DNA of 64,000 nucleotides. Origin: Eledone cirrhosa (taxonomy: Eukaryota). Below the pieces are notes generated by a model. The model had not been told where the DNA came from, ran no database searches, and was given only the letters and a program-made list of their open reading frames with translations. Shown here in pieces: positions 1 through 13,467 of the stretch. The DNA lies in assembly GCA_964016885.1 (NCBI GenBank), contig OZ024744.1:121644001-121708000 (forward strand), read 5' to 3'. Every line of letters starts with the position of its first letter. Position 1 is the stretch's first letter. Position numbers and translations under genes: made by a program.

Positions 1-17
1 GTGAAATGTCTGTGTGT

Positions 18-1847
18 TCAATTATGTAAGTCATTAGTTTCTTGTTGTGTATTTATTGCCGTGCATTTGTTTTTCTGGGGGTGGGGTGTGGTTCTGCTAT
101 TTTCTTGTCGTTTTTGCTGGGTGTGTGTGTTTTGTTGTTGTGTTTGCGATGTTGGTGCTTGTGGTGGTGGTGTTGAAGGTGTTGTTGTTGTTGGCGGTGG
201 GGTTGTCGCCGGTGGTGATGGTGGTGCTAGTGTGGGTGGTGATGGTGTTGGTGGTGTTGCTGCTGTGAGTCTCTTTGCAGTAGACTTTACCCTTTTTTCA
301 TTTCTTTCCTCCCTTTTCAAAGGCGACGATGCGCTGCTTCTGCGTTTGTGCCTTCTTACGACCTTTTGCCATCCCTCTCCCACCTCACACTCCATGTCTG
401 ATTCTGTGAGGTCGGGGAGGGGTACCAGCTCCACTCTTTCACTTGTTGTTGTTGGTGATGTTTGCACTGGAGTCTCTGTTGCAGCTGCATTTGGTATTGC
501 TGTTGTTGTTGTTGTTGTTAATACTTCCACTGCTGCTGCTGTTTTTGATTTCCGTGGCGTGGGTATGGGTGCCACTGACCTATCGTTCCTAGTTGCCGCT
601 TGTCCTGTTGCTGGTAGCCGTGGAGCCGATTTCGGAAGGAGGGGGGTTTTCTCCTTTCTCAGGGTCTTCTTGTTGCAGAAGGCCCTGAGGTGAGTCTTCG
701 ATCCACAGCGAAAGCTTTTCGGGCGTTTGCCCTCAACACTTATGGGCAGTTGAGTGCCGTTATCGAAGTCTATCACATCCGGGATAGCTTCGATGCACTC
801 CTGGTTGGTTTGGATTAACATCTCAATGGAGGTGCCGACCCAATCTTCTCTTACTTTTTTCTGTACTTGCAGTACAGTTGTTTTGTCCTCGATTCCGACG
901 AGGACAGACGCGGCCAGCCAAGAAGGGGCCATCCCGGGGGGGGGGGGGGACGTGGGTCAGTTTGACCCTCACAATTTTTTTTGCCCGCAGTAGGAGGGCA
1001 CCAACACCATTTCCTCGCTCCTTAGGGTCACTACGGATTGAGCCTTTGCCTCCTGGGATGTGGTAAAAAGTACGTTTACGGTGGCATATTTCTTGCCTCG
1101 GGTGATGTGTGTTTTCCGCTGCCACACAGACCCCAAAGCTTTTTGTATTTGAGCCTCTGTGGATCTTTCCACCCTACGGGATTTTGTACTTACTGTACGG
1201 TACGTGACCGTACAGTGCTGTTGGGTTTCGAAAAATGTTTCCGCTGCCTTGCAGATTGCTCGGTGTCCATTCTTTGTCACCATCTTCTTCGCTTCCTCTA
1301 ATTCCTCATTTGTTATGAGGATTGTTTCCAGGTTCTTCGCGATACCTGCAAATGAGATTGGTTTTTCTTTGCTGCTGTTGTTGTTGTTGTTGTCGTCAGA
1401 GCTGCTGTTACTTTTGTTGTTGCTGCAGGTACTACGACTACTGCCGCCGCCGCTGTTGCTGTGGTTGTTGTTGTTGTTACTGCTGCTAATGCTGTTGTTG
1501 TTTATGCTGCTGCTGATGCTGTTGCGGCTGCTACTGTTGTTTTCATTGTCACTGTTGCTGTTGTTATTACGGCTGCTACTGCTATTATTCCTGACGTCAG
1601 ACGAATGAAATGGGTTTTCGTATTTCCCGCACACCTGTTTCGTCGTTGTCGTCGTCGTCGTGGAGAAATCTTGCACGCTTTGCACGAGACTTTTCTTTTC
1701 TGTCGTCGCTTGCGAAAGAGAAGGGAGGGAGAGAGACACATTTAAAGAAGGGAGGGAGAGAGACAATCTTCTCTCTGCTGTAGTGACGATTGAGGAAGAA
1801 GACGGAATGAGTGGGAGTGACCTATGAAAATTCTTTTTCGTAGCCAT
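18..1847 (-). pseudogene. L1/Tx1-clade LINE ORF1 (gag-like, zinc knuckle), frameshifted
   Basis: ORFs 969..1847 and 18..932 join across the poly-G/poly-T run at about 935-985. Contains ISVEGKRPK(S)FRCGSKTHLRAFC (CX2CX4HX4C with first C mutated), an N/S-rich N-terminus and a low-complexity C-terminus with GWQKV, typical of Tx1 ORF1. Confidence 0.7.
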
Positions 1848-2066
1848 GTTGTTTGTTTTTTTTGTTTAAAATAAATATTGGGCACAAAACCCCAATAAGC
1901 AGTTATTTAACCCCGAAGGGCCAAATAACGGGCAGAAAGACCCCTCTCACGAGGAGGAGGGTGTTTTTGTCTACAAGTTGGTAAAAGTTTTAAACAATTT
2001 ACAATTGTTATAGCGTTCAAAATTTACAATACCTTACAGAGCCGAGCCTCCGTCAACCATAGCATT

Positions 2067-2067
2067 C

Positions 2068-2106
<39 letters not shown>

Positions 2107-4640
2107 CAGGCGATACGAGAACAGAGTCAGTCAGTATAAACAGAACCGCATGTTCGACAACAACCAGAAGATGCTGTTTGGACAGCTTGAGGGGAAAGAA
2201 AGAGGCAACGACTTGATCCCTGGGGCGGAACAAACTAAAACATTCTGGAGAGAAATATGGGAGCAGGATGTTAGACATAATGACCAGGCAGGGTGGATTG
2301 AGACAGTACAGAGGGAGATCGGTGAGCAGGCACACCAACAAATTGATTTGAGTATCACAGTTGAAACTCTTAAGGGGCAGGCCAAAAAACTAACCAACTG
2401 GAAATCACCAGGCCCAGATGGTGTGCAGGGGTATTGGATTAAAAATTTAACATCCCTCCACCCGAAGCTGACGGCCATGTTCAATGACTGCTTGGTGTCG
2501 GGTGAGGTGCCAGAGTGGTTGACAAAAGGTACCACAGTTCTGATAATGAAAGACCGAATCAAGGGTAATGATGTTACCAACTATAGACCTATCACATGTC
2601 TGTCTGTAATGTGGAAACTGTTGACGAGCATTGTGTCTGAGGAAATCTACCATCACCTCCACACAAACAACTTGTTACCGGACGAACAGAAAGGATGCCG
2701 AAAGAAGTCACGTGGTACAAAGGACCAGTTACTTATTGATAAGATGGTAATGGGGAATTGCAGGAGGAGACACACTGATCTTGCCATGGGATGGATAGAC
2801 TACAGAAAGGCATTTGACATGGTGCCTCATTCTTGGATCACCAAAAGCCTGGAGATCTTCAAGGTGGCAGATAACATCAGACAGTTGCTGGGCAGGAGTA
2901 TGGGGTCCTGGGAGACAGAGTTGACATCAACTGGAGAATCCTTGGGAAGCGTGAAGATCAAGAGAGGTATCTTCCAGGGAGATAGCCTGTCCCCTCTGTT
3001 GTTTGTCCTTGCCCTGATGCCCTTGACCATTATGCTGCGAAAAGTGAGAGCAGGATACAAGTTGGGAAAGGGAGAGCTTACCATCAATCACCTCCTCTTC
3101 ATGGACGATCTTAAGCTCTTCGGGAAGAGTGAGAAGGAGTTGGATGTGCTTGTTGACACTGTCCGTATTTTCAGCAGTGATATATGTATGCAGTTTGGTA
3201 TTAGTAAATGTGGAGTCATTGTGATGAGGAGGGGTAGGTTGAGCAGAAGTAACGGAATCCAGATACCAACAGGTGAGATGATAAAGGAAATTGACTCTGA
3301 GGAAGGATACAAGTATTTGGGCGTTCTGGAGGCTGATGGCATAAAGAACAAAAAAATGAAAGAATTGTTAAGAACTGAATACATTCGGAGAGTAAGGAGC
3401 GTATTGAAGTCACATCTGAACAGCAGAAATGCCATAAGCGCAGTAAATTCCCGAGCTGTGTCTATTATTAGGTACAGTGCGGGAATTCTGAGATGGAATG
3501 TTGCTGAACAAAAAGAAATGGATAGGAAGACTAGGAAGCTATTGACTATCTACAACATGTTCCACAAGAGGAGTGATGTCGATAGACTCTACCTAAGGAG
3601 ATCTGAGGGTGGAAGAGGTCTTATCAGCATATAGGACTGTGTTCAGATGGAGAAAAACAACCTATACAAATACGTGACTGATAGTAAGGAGCCAATGCTC
3701 AGAACTGTACTGAAGGAGGGGACAGTAGGCCAGGGGATGTCCAAGGAGGAAATAACATCAAGGAGAAAGAGCAGCCTTCAGGGAAAACCCCTTCATAGTA
3801 CCTTCTTTGAGAAAACTGAATTTAGAGATCCACAGACATGGAACTGGTTGAGAAGAGGAGACCTCAAAAAGGCTACAGAAGGAATGCTAATGGTTGCGCA
3901 GGAGCAGGCCCTCAAAACGAAGTGGTTGAAACACCATATTTACAAGGAGGAGGCTAGCCCACTGTGCAGGATCTGTGGAGAGAGAGAGGAGACTGTGGCT
4001 CACTTTGTATCCGAGTGTAAACACCTAGCCCAGACCCACTATAAGGGCTGGAGACATGATGGGCAGGGTGATCCACTGGCACCTGTGCAAAGTAAACAGT
4101 TTACCACATTCTGAGAAATGGTATGAGCATAGGCCAGAGGCGGTGATGGAGAACGATCAGGTGAAGGTGCTGTGGGATTTTAGGATACAGACGGACAAGA
4201 AACTGGAACACAATAGACCTGACCTGGTGGTTGTGGACAAAGAAAAAAGATCGTGTCTGATTGTGGATGTGGCCTGCCCATTCGACACGAGAGTGCAAGA
4301 GAAGGAGAGGGAGAAAATTAACCGATACCAGGGCCTAAAGTGGGAGGTGAAAAGGATTTGGAATTGCCATGAAGTCAAAGTGATCCCAATTGTCATAGGC
4401 GCACTGGGGACTATCTCCAAAAGTTTCCAGGGATGGTTAAAGAAAATCGGCCCCTTCACGCTTTTTGGAACGCTTCAAAAGGCATGCTTGCTGGGAACAG
4501 CAAGAACCCTCCGATACGTCCTGAATATCTGAGGCTGCAGGTAGTGGCTTGATATTCATTCCAACGGACTTTCCAGTTAACCAACATCAATGACTGAGAT
4601 TCAAGGAATAACAACAATAATAATAATAATAATAATAATA
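2067..4640 (+). mobile_element. R4/Dong-type RLE non-LTR retrotransposon, 5'-truncated, in (TAA)n
   Basis: RT, CCHC and PD-(D/E)xK domains in order. (AAT)n on both sides (2067-2106, about 4606-4640). Dong/R4 elements are known to target TAA repeats. Confidence 0.9.
2150..4532 (+). pseudogene. RT + restriction-like endonuclease ORF of R4/Dong element (one stop, one frameshift)
   Basis: KSPGPDG, NYRPITCL, WIDYRKAFDMVPH, GIFQGDSLSPLLF, LFMDD; CRICGEREETVAHFVSEC; RPDLVVVDK..IVDVACP; IVIGALG. Stop at 3632-3634, frameshift near 4060. Confidence 0.92.
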
Positions 4641-4659
4641 CACTATTAATAATTATTAA

Positions 4660-6783
4660 TGCACTCGTGCAATGCCTGTGCGTGACGAATATTTCACAGA
4701 GAGTGACCTGGTGGTGGAACACCACAGTAGATAAGGCCATTGGAGACAAAAGACTAGCATGGAAGGCTTGGAAAAGGGTGGGAGTAGGGAAGAATATACA
4801 GCCACTAAGAGAGAAGCTAGACGTCAGGTGTACTTAGCACGCAGGGAGGCTGAGAGTAGGAGGTTTGCCAATGTTCTGCGACGGGAAGATCAGAGGCGTG
4901 CGGTGTCCCACATTGCAAGGCAGTGTGTCAATGCTAATCAGGATCTTGTTGGAGATAAATGTGTCCGGGATGATGCCGGTGACATAGTGTCACGAATGAT
5001 CAGAAAAAGGAGGCCTGGAAATGTCATTATGAAAGACTGATTAATGTGGAGAATGAATGGGAGAGAGAGAAATTACCCTTAGTAGATCCGACAGAAGGAC
5101 CAGCTATTGATATTGACGAATATAGGGTCCAAGAGGCGATTAAGGAAATGAAAAATGATAAGGCTGCTGGACCATCGGGAATAGTTGCTGAGATGCTGAA
5201 GGCATCAGGGGACGTAGGCACTAAACTGGTTGCGCGCATCACCAATCAGGTGCAGCAGTATTCTCATAAATTGCTACAAAGGTAAAGGGGATACTCTGGA
5301 GAGGAGCAATTATAGGGGTATAAAACTGATGGATCAGGTTATGAAAGTGGCAGAAAGGATATTAGCACAACTAATTAGAGAAAGGGTCAAACTAGATGAG
5401 ATGCAGTTTGGTTTTGTGTCTGGCAAGAGTACAACAGATGCCCTCTTCTTGGTGAGACAATTGCAAGAGAGGTTCTTAGAGAAAAATAAGCCACTATACT
5501 TAGCCTTTGTTGACCTAGAGAAGGCCTTTGATAGGGTACCTCGATCTGTCATCTGGTGGTCCCTAAGAAAACTAGGTGTTGAGGTATGGCTTGTGAGGAC
5601 AGTGCAAACTTTGTACAGAGGTGCTGTCAGTAAAGTCAGGGTAGGAATGGAGTTTAGTGAGGAATTCCAGATACAAGTAGGAGTACATCAAGGTTCGCTC
5701 CTCAGCCCGCTCTTGTTCATTATAGTCCTCCAAGCCATAACAGAGGAGTTTAAGACTGGCTGTCCATGGGATCTTCTCTATGCTGACGATCTGGTTCTTA
5801 TAGCAGAATCAGTAGAGGAGCTAGAGAATAAATTCTGGCTATGGAAACAGCAGTTGGAAGCAAGAGGACTGAGAGTGAACCTAGCTAAGACAAAAGTGTT
5901 GATGAGTAGAAAAGAGGACAAAACTCTGATTCCGTCAGGGAAATGGCCATGTTCGATATGCAGAAAAGGAACTGGCATAAATTCTATAAAATGCACACAA
6001 TGCAGATCCTGGGTACACAATAGATATAGCAAGATAGCAGGCAAACTAACAGGTAGGGAGAAATACGTATGCAGTAGATGTACAGTGAAATTAGACAGTA
6101 GAAGTCGCATTGATAGACACATTTTTCAAATGCAGGAGGGTGCTATAAAAGTGGTGGATGGCTTCCGGTACCTGGGAGACCAGATTAGCATGGAAGGAGG
6201 GTGTTCCGAGGCCATAGTATCTAGAATAAGGACGGGTTGGAAGAAGTTTAGGGAGCTGCTTCCTCTGCTGACGGAGAAGAGTTTCTCCCTGCGTACGAAA
6301 GGCCGGTTGTATGATGCCTGTGTGAGGAGCGCGATGCTACATGGTAGTGAGACATGGGCAGCAACTGCAGAGAATATGCGACGGCTGGAGAGAAATGAGG
6401 CAAGCATGCTTCGTTGGATGTGCAGTGTCAATGTGCGTGAACGACCCAGAATGAATGTGTTGAGAGAGAAACTGTGTCTGAGAGGGATAGAATGTAGTGT
6501 ACGGGAGAGGAGACTGAGGTGGTATGGACATGTGATGCGCATGGAGGATGACCGATGGGTGAAGAAGTGCCAGGAAATGCCAGTGGAAGGAAGACGCGGT
6601 AGAGGTAGACCACGAAAAACATGGGCGGAGGTGGTGAGAACAGACCTCAGATCGCTGAAGCTCACGGTGGAGATGACGAGGGACCGTGACAAGTGGAGAG
6701 ATGTTGTGCTGAATAAGACCCATCCCACCCTTGCAAGCAGGGAAAAGCGGACGTAAAATGATGATGATGATGATGATGATGAT
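4660..6783 (+). mobile_element. RTE-clade LINE, 5'-truncated, with PHD-like finger after RT and (GAT)n tail
   Basis: TWWWN linker, KAAGPSG, NYRGIKLM, FVDLEKAFDRVP, GVHQGSLLSPLLF, LYADD, FRYLG, LHGSETW, RLRWYGHVMR, GRGRPRKTW. Ends GGACGTAAAAT(GAT)n. Confidence 0.92.
5230..6756 (+). pseudogene. RTE reverse transcriptase (C-terminal 508 aa open, upstream part frameshifted)
   Basis: Provided ORF carries all RT motifs. Upstream ORFs 4759..5040 and 5046..5285 continue the protein in shifted frames. Confidence 0.9.
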
Positions 6784-7308
6784 ATATATGTATATATATA
6801 TGTATACAATTTTGCAATAACAAACATACTGAATTCCTCTGTCAAAACTAAAGGTTGCCCCCTTGTCAAGCCCCACGTGGGTTTTGATAACGGTCAGTCC
6901 TTGGCTTGGCACAGAACTAAAAGCCTGTTGAGAAAGTGACTTCCTTGTTCGATCATCATACCAAAAGCTTACTGGTGATTGCTGGCCTTGTGCCTAAAGT
7001 AGAAACAATTATTTGTCTAAGCAGACAGTACTTGATTTAGAAGTCGCAGAAACCCAATGCTGGATATTACCAACCTTCCAAGGGTCCGGGAATAATTTTC
7101 AATCATATTTTATTTGTTTGACTCGAATTACTTGGTCGTTTCTATGGCTGTGCGGATAATGTTTTAATCATCGTCTCAGTGTGTTTGGCCTTTTAACTTA
7201 TGTTGTTGCTGTAGTTCACTAGCATCTATGGAACGCTTGCCACACATCTCGGAAGTTGTTTTTCGCTAATTTCCAATAGCCGAAATACGATTCTCGCTAA
7301 TTTACATT

Positions 7309-7397
<89 letters not shown>
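7309..7397. repeat. (TA)n microsatellite
   Basis: Perfect TA run, representative of the dozens of TA/TATACA tracts that separate elements. Confidence 0.98.
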
Positions 7398-7400
<3 letters not shown>

Positions 7401-7835
7401 AAAGTTCTATTTAAAATTGTTGGGATACAACAAGTAAATATTTTATAACTGATATAAAGCACTCGACAAGTTTTGGGAGTAGATATACGATATTAATAAA
7501 TGGAAACTATATTTATAAAACCATATTTATTTCATTTTACATATTTCAGGGATACCAAATTAAAATATGGTATGCCTTCATCAGACAAAATACAATATAT
7601 AAACAGTTTTATAAATAATTTTGACGTACCCTATTAAATGCAACCATTATTTTTGGAAGCTGTCTGGATAGTGAAATGTTTATATTATTTTATTAGTTAT
7701 AGTGTTAAGCACAATTAGATTGTATTTTGTCTGATGAAGGCATACCATATTTTAATTTGGTATCCCTGAAATATGTATAATGAAATAAATATGGTTTTAT
7801 AAATATAGTTTCCATTTATTAATATCGTATATATA
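7398..7835. mobile_element. PLE-derived head-to-head foldback (family A pLTRs)
   Basis: 7484-7596 is the reverse complement of 7719-7833. Each arm carries an HHR. Same sequence recurs at 41879-42125 and 58636-58835. Confidence 0.85.
7720..7788 (+). ncRNA. Hammerhead ribozyme, type I (family A); antisense copy at 7527-7596
   Basis: CTGATGA (7731) - AGGCATACC..GGTATCCCT - GAAA - TATG - TA; stem I weak. Confidence 0.7.
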
Positions 7836-7882
7836 TATATTCTCAGATGTGAGAAAAACCACAGACCCTCCATCTCAACTCA

Positions 7883-7920
7883 CCTTTTGAAAAGCAGAAG
7901 AACTGCGAAACCGGTAAAGG
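7883..7920 (+). ncRNA. Minimal hammerhead-like motif (U3-A8 variant)
   Basis: CCTT - TTGAAAA - GCAG aagaa CTGC - GAAA - CCGG - TA - AAGG; stems I, II and palindromic III all pair. Confidence 0.6.
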
Positions 7921-8051
7921 AACCAAATAAATATATATATTTTTTAAAAAAATAAGACTTCAGTTGCATTTCGATTTCATCTCTTTTTCTTTATACTTCC
8001 ACTCGTGTAGGACACCTCGGTTATTTTTCATTTTGTAAAAAAAAACCTCAC

Positions 8052-8137
<86 letters not shown>

Positions 8138-8189
8138 ATCATCATCGTCATTTTTTACGTCCGATTTTCTCTGCTTGCAAGGGTGGGAC

Positions 8190-8190
<1 letters not shown>
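8138..8190 (-). mobile_element. 3' tail fragment of RTE / RTE-tailed SINE
   Basis: Reverse complement matches 6723-6780 (CCCACCCTTGCAAGCAG..GGACGTAAAA..GATGAT). Confidence 0.8.
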
Positions 8191-8245
<55 letters not shown>

Positions 8246-8251
8246 GTGTGT

Positions 8252-8299
<48 letters not shown>

Positions 8300-8445
8300 G
8301 TATATATATATATATATATATGTGTATATATATATAAAGATATATATATATATATATATGTATATATATGTATGTATATATATTTGTATGTTATATGTAT
8401 GTATATGTATTATTTGTATGTATGTATATGTATGTATGTATATAT

Positions 8446-11400
8446 ATTCTTCTGGTTTTATAATTTCACAAAGTTTTACCAATAGAGAGAGAGTCGGTTT
8501 CTAACATAGACACAAGACTCTCTCTTTGGAATTTACACATCAACTAGGTAAATTATGTATGCATGTAGATATGGATGTTATTGTATGTGTGCATGTGGAT
8601 GTTTTGAGTTGCATGTGTGCATGTGTATATGATTTGTATCTGTACATGTGTATATGCAGTTATTAAATGCAAATTTTTGGAATGTTTTACCTATTTTTAC
8701 TGTTCCATTAATGGATTGTACTTGTAATTTCCTAACTAGTTGTGTTCTTTCTGTTCCTGTGAAGCCTAGCTTCTCAAGATTTGTATTGAGGCAGTTACTA
8801 ACATACCCCAGTGCCCCAATAATCACAGGCATAAATCTGAAGGTGTAATCAGGGTGGAGTATCTGCAGATTTCTCACCAGTTTTGCATAAATATTCTCCT
8901 TTTCGCTAATCTTTGATATTATATTGGCATCTGCTGGGCAGCTAATTTCCACTACTGTGCATGTTTTCTTCTCCCTGTCCCACATCACAATATCTGGTCT
9001 GTTATGCCTGCATTTTATTGGGGTTTTTACTGGAACATTCCACCAGTACGCTTTCATGTTATGTATGTGTATGTCTTCCACATACATATACATAACTGTA
9101 TACATACATATACAAAGCTGTAGCTTTTAATGTTTATTATCGGGGCTATCTTTTTTACGAACTGCATTGTACAGTGTTTTGGCCACTACATCATGCCTCA
9201 TAGGTAGATAGTAGCGCGATGACATCTTTGGACAGCTGCTGCTGACATGGGTGATATCCTCGATGTTAGTCTTGCAGAGTCTGCACTTGTTATCACATCT
9301 AGGTGTTTTGCCTGCATCCCTATCTCTTTTGTGAATCAGGTATTTCGTGTTAATCTCCTGTTCTTGAATTGTAAAAGTGGGAGCCAATATAGCGGTTGTT
9401 GGTCCAAGATAGACTACTTTCCTTATCTATATTACTCTCACTCTGGAGCTTCCTGGCAACATATCCATGCATGATTTTTTACTGATAAGCATGCAGTTTT
9501 TCATCCATGGATTCACTGCGATACTGCTGAGCGACATCCCTGGGTGTGAGTTTTTGATTATCACACAGGAAACATCTCTCGAGTAGTTCCTTCCCAACTC
9601 TCATGATCTTATCTGTTTCATGCAGATAGACTTGCTCGAGAAACGGGCTCCTATGCTTCGAGGTTCGTAGATGTTGTCGGAGAGATATGATGCGACATTC
9701 AAATGTTGTCTGGACTGATGTTAGGCCTCTGCCTCCCTACTTACGTTTCAAGTAAAGGCGGTCTATATCACTGTTGATGTGGAAGTTTCCGGTGTTGTTT
9801 AGTATTGTTCGAGTTCCAACATCAACTGCTCGGATTTCGTCTATCGTCCAACTGTGTATTCCAATCGTTGGTGTTAGGACAGGCACAGCAAACACATTCT
9901 GAACCACTGTTTTGTTTTGCGCAGAGAGTTCCGATGACCAAATCTTTCTTAATCGGGTGTAGTATTCCCTGGTTACGCATTCTTTATTACAGATACCATT
10001 ATAGGATATGTTCTCATCTATCCCCAGATATCTATAGCAGTCCTCATCAGATATCGGTGAAACAGTTAGGCCATTGATGACAATGTTGCTAGATTGGGTT
10101 GTTGTTTTTTCCCGCTTTACAGTCATGTATGAGCATTTATCTTGGCCAAACTCCATTCCTATATCCTTTGAGAACATTGTAACTAGGTCAAGATTTTTCT
10201 TCATCCCATCCATGTTCTTGGCATAGAGTTTCAGATCATCCACAAAGAAATTATGGGTTTATGTTCGTATTTCTGTCCTCCTGTGAGCCAATAATGTATC
10301 CCTCACATTTCTTGAGCAGAAAGGACAAGGCGTTTAATGACAAAATGCATAATATCACAGAGAGACTGTCTCCCTGAAATATACACCTGCAATATTTTAT
10401 TTTAACAGTGAAAATAGAGTCCTCCTTCTCTGTCTTTAACCTTAGGATAGTAGCCCAAGAAGAAGACAGCCTCTCTATAGCTCTGATAATAATGTCTGGG
10501 ACTTTAGCAAGTTGGAGGGCCTCTATCATCCAAGAGTGGGGAACAGAATCGAAAGCTTTCCTGTAGTCCAGTCAGACTGTAGTCATATTCCTCCTAAGTT
10601 GTCGCACCTCCGACATCGCAGTTTTGTTGATTAGGAGTTGTTCAGCACATCGCCAAACCCCTTTCTTTCCAGCTGCTTGTTCATCTGTGATGAGGTTATT
10701 ATTTTCACAGTGATCTTGGAGGAATATGTTCAGGTAGGCTGTATACATCTTATACATCAGGTTCTGGCATGCAATGGGTCGGTAGTTTTTTGCCAAGTGG
10801 GTGTCTTTGTTCTTGGGGACCAGTAATGTTTGTGCTAATGTCAACCATTCTGGTATAAGTGTATCTCCCTTAAGATCTTGTTGGTAGAGGTCAGTAAGAT
10901 ACCTCCGATAGAATATCAGTTTTTTGTACCAGTAGCCGACAATCATATCTCTTCCTGGTGTTTTCTTATCTTGGAGTTTTCCTATCACAGTCTCAAGGGT
11001 ACCCTCACTTATTTTGTATGTTTTTGTTGTAGTGTAGGAGCAATAGATCTTTCGGATTTCTCTTAGCCATACTGCATCTTGGTTGAAATTCTTCTTTTCA
11101 CCCCATATTTTGCTCCCAAAGGAATCTATGTCTTTCAGGATGGGGCCTCAGTGACACTTATTATTTTGCCCTTCATATCTCTGTAGACTGATGTTTGGTT
11201 TCATCTGAATCTTTTATTAAGCACTTTTCTCTCATCTACCTTCTTCAGGTGTCGGCGTTTTTCGCTAACTCTCAATTCCTGTTTGAGGGTGATCAGCTTA
11301 TATTGAAGAGTTCTGGTTCTACTGTTACCAAACATCGTCTCTATTTTATTTTTCACTCTTTGTTGGTGAGGAGTGAGGTTTTTTTGTGTTTGTTTGCATG

Positions 11401-11962
11401 TAAGGAGCATTGTCACATATCCTATGGTTTTTCGTAGATCAGCAATCTTTTTTTCTATTTTAGTTATATATGATGGTATTTTTGGTGGTGTTCTGTTCTT
11501 GTTAATATCTCGACTATCACCAAGATAATGCTTCACTGTCGTTGCTAAGGCATATAAACAGGCGTTGATTTGCCAAAATATTGGGGTTTTTATCCGTCGT
11601 AAATATTCATCCCCTATTTCGTCAATAACACGTATTATTTCATTATTTAGATTTTTTATTAAACATTGTCGTTTTAAAACGTTCAGCAAGAGAGATATTT
11701 ATACATGAATTAATTTCTCTCTGAAAGATTTCATTGAGGGAAATTTTCAATTGTTTATTCTTTTGATTATTATCATTATCGATAGTATTTTCCACAACAG
11801 TCGAGGTAGACTCGGATGGTACACGTGGTGTCAAATTTCTTCGATTATTATTATTATCGGTAGTGTTTTCCCCAGCATTTGAGGTAGACTTAGATGGTAC
11901 ACGTGGTGTCAAGTTTCTTACAGGCATAGTTCCTATGCCAAAATATGCGACTGATCGCGTTG
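8446..11962 (-). mobile_element. Second, degenerate R4/Dong-like RLE LINE flanked by TA-type microsatellites
   Basis: Broken ORFs 11643..11927, 11201..11689, 10572..10988 (KTPGRD, NYRPIAC), 10251..10529 (FQGDSLS), 9737..10243 (MDDLKLY, YRYLG), 9127..9387 (CRLCK..EDITHVSSSC), 8578..9105 (RPDIVMWD..VEISCP, IIGALG). Confidence 0.88.
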
Positions 11963-12237
11963 TATATATGTATGTATATGTATGTATATATATATGTATA
12001 TATATATATATATGTATATGTATGTATAGGTGTATATATATATATATGTGTATATATATGTATATGTATGTATATATGTATGTATATGTATGTATTTATA
12101 TATATAAATATGTATATATGTATATATGTATATATGTATATATGTATGTATATCTGTATATGTATGTATGTATATATGTATGTATATATGTATGTGTATA
12201 TGTATATATGTATATATTGAGGCGTTACGTCTAGCCG

Positions 12238-12340
12238 ATTTTTCCGAAATTTCAAGGCACATAAAAAGAATTCACTTTCTTGATCCCCTAGGGCCAGCAT
12301 TAGGTGAAAACCTGCATCTTTCCTGCTTCATCGAGGAAAA
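12238..12340 (-). ncRNA. Hammerhead-like motif with long stem II in a pLTR fragment (12219-12500)
   Basis: Minus strand TTTTCC - TCGATGA - AGCA...TGCCTT - GAAA - TT - TC - GGAAAA. An inverted piece of the same family lies at 15646-15695. Confidence 0.45.
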
Positions 12341-12586
12341 TCTTAAAGATTATCCAGTCATCAAAGTATTCGGTTTATTTTCTTTACATGTTGTCCAGGC
12401 ATGCAGTTTTTCCACGATTAGGTCTGTTGGCGGCCCGCGTTCCAAAATACCTTATCTCATGCAACGCCGGGTACCACTGCTAGTAATATTATAAAATTAA
12501 ATCAAATTATTTAGCACTACAAGTGAAGTCATTCTTTTCCTTTTTTTTTAAATATATATATGTATGTATATATATATATATATGTG

Positions 12587-12653
<67 letters not shown>

Positions 12654-12689
12654 GTATATGTGTATATATATATGTATAGATATATATGT

Positions 12690-13467
12690 ATGTAAAAGAA
12701 ATGAATACAAAGGAGTATATACCGTTAAAACATGTTTATATAACAATGCACCTACGTACGTTTTTCCCCCAAAATGGCTTCTCAAGAGCATAGAAAACAA
12801 AAAAATGATCAATGCGCGACCCAGGAGGGGTTTTAAGGTTAAATTTACATCAGAGCTCATTCTTCGTTTAAGTACGTGTTGTTATTCCCACAGAGAAAGG
12901 GGAGTAACTCCGGCCAGTGCTTGAATAATCGTCTCCCACTGCTTTTTTACTTGTTCACATGATGGTGTTTTGTGTTATTATTTTGTGGGTGCTGCTTTAC
13001 TAATGCCGGTTCTGGGATATATATTTGGTTCACAGATGTTTGTATGCGCCGTCTGCCTACTGGAGTGTTATGGTTTGGGCAGGGGGAACCAGTTTATACT
13101 TTTCACGCCATAATCGGTTTCCATTCGAAATAAGACACCTGTATTCGGTGCCTGCAGTTTATGACCGATTCGGCTCTGCTGTTTATGAGTTCAAGGAGTG
13201 TTCTTATGATGTAGTAAAGCTCCATGAGGCAAAGCTCGCACTTCCTCTTGAAATTGTAGGGTGCAGCCGTACCGACAATATCCCAGTGTGTGGAGAAGCT
13301 GATGTTGGCGTCTTTTAATGGAGTGACGTCGAGTGTCTAAGATTTTGTTCCTGAAAGAGTAGCGATGTGTTCTAAATCTAGTTTTGAACTTGCCAGAGGT
13401 GGCCCCTATATAGTGTTTAACTCTATTAAGGCTAGTTATGGTTCACCTATAAATAACATTATCAGTC
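12690..13467 (-). mobile_element. PLE 3' fragment (GIY-YIG remnant + pLTR), left arm of foldback
   Basis: Reverse complement of about 14550-15340 with moderate divergence. Confidence 0.85.

Noticed and set aside
1-1745. Plus-strand V/L-rich ORFs (also 33510-34540, 6126-6912)
   Set aside because: Antisense shadows of low-complexity or RT-coding regions on the other strand.
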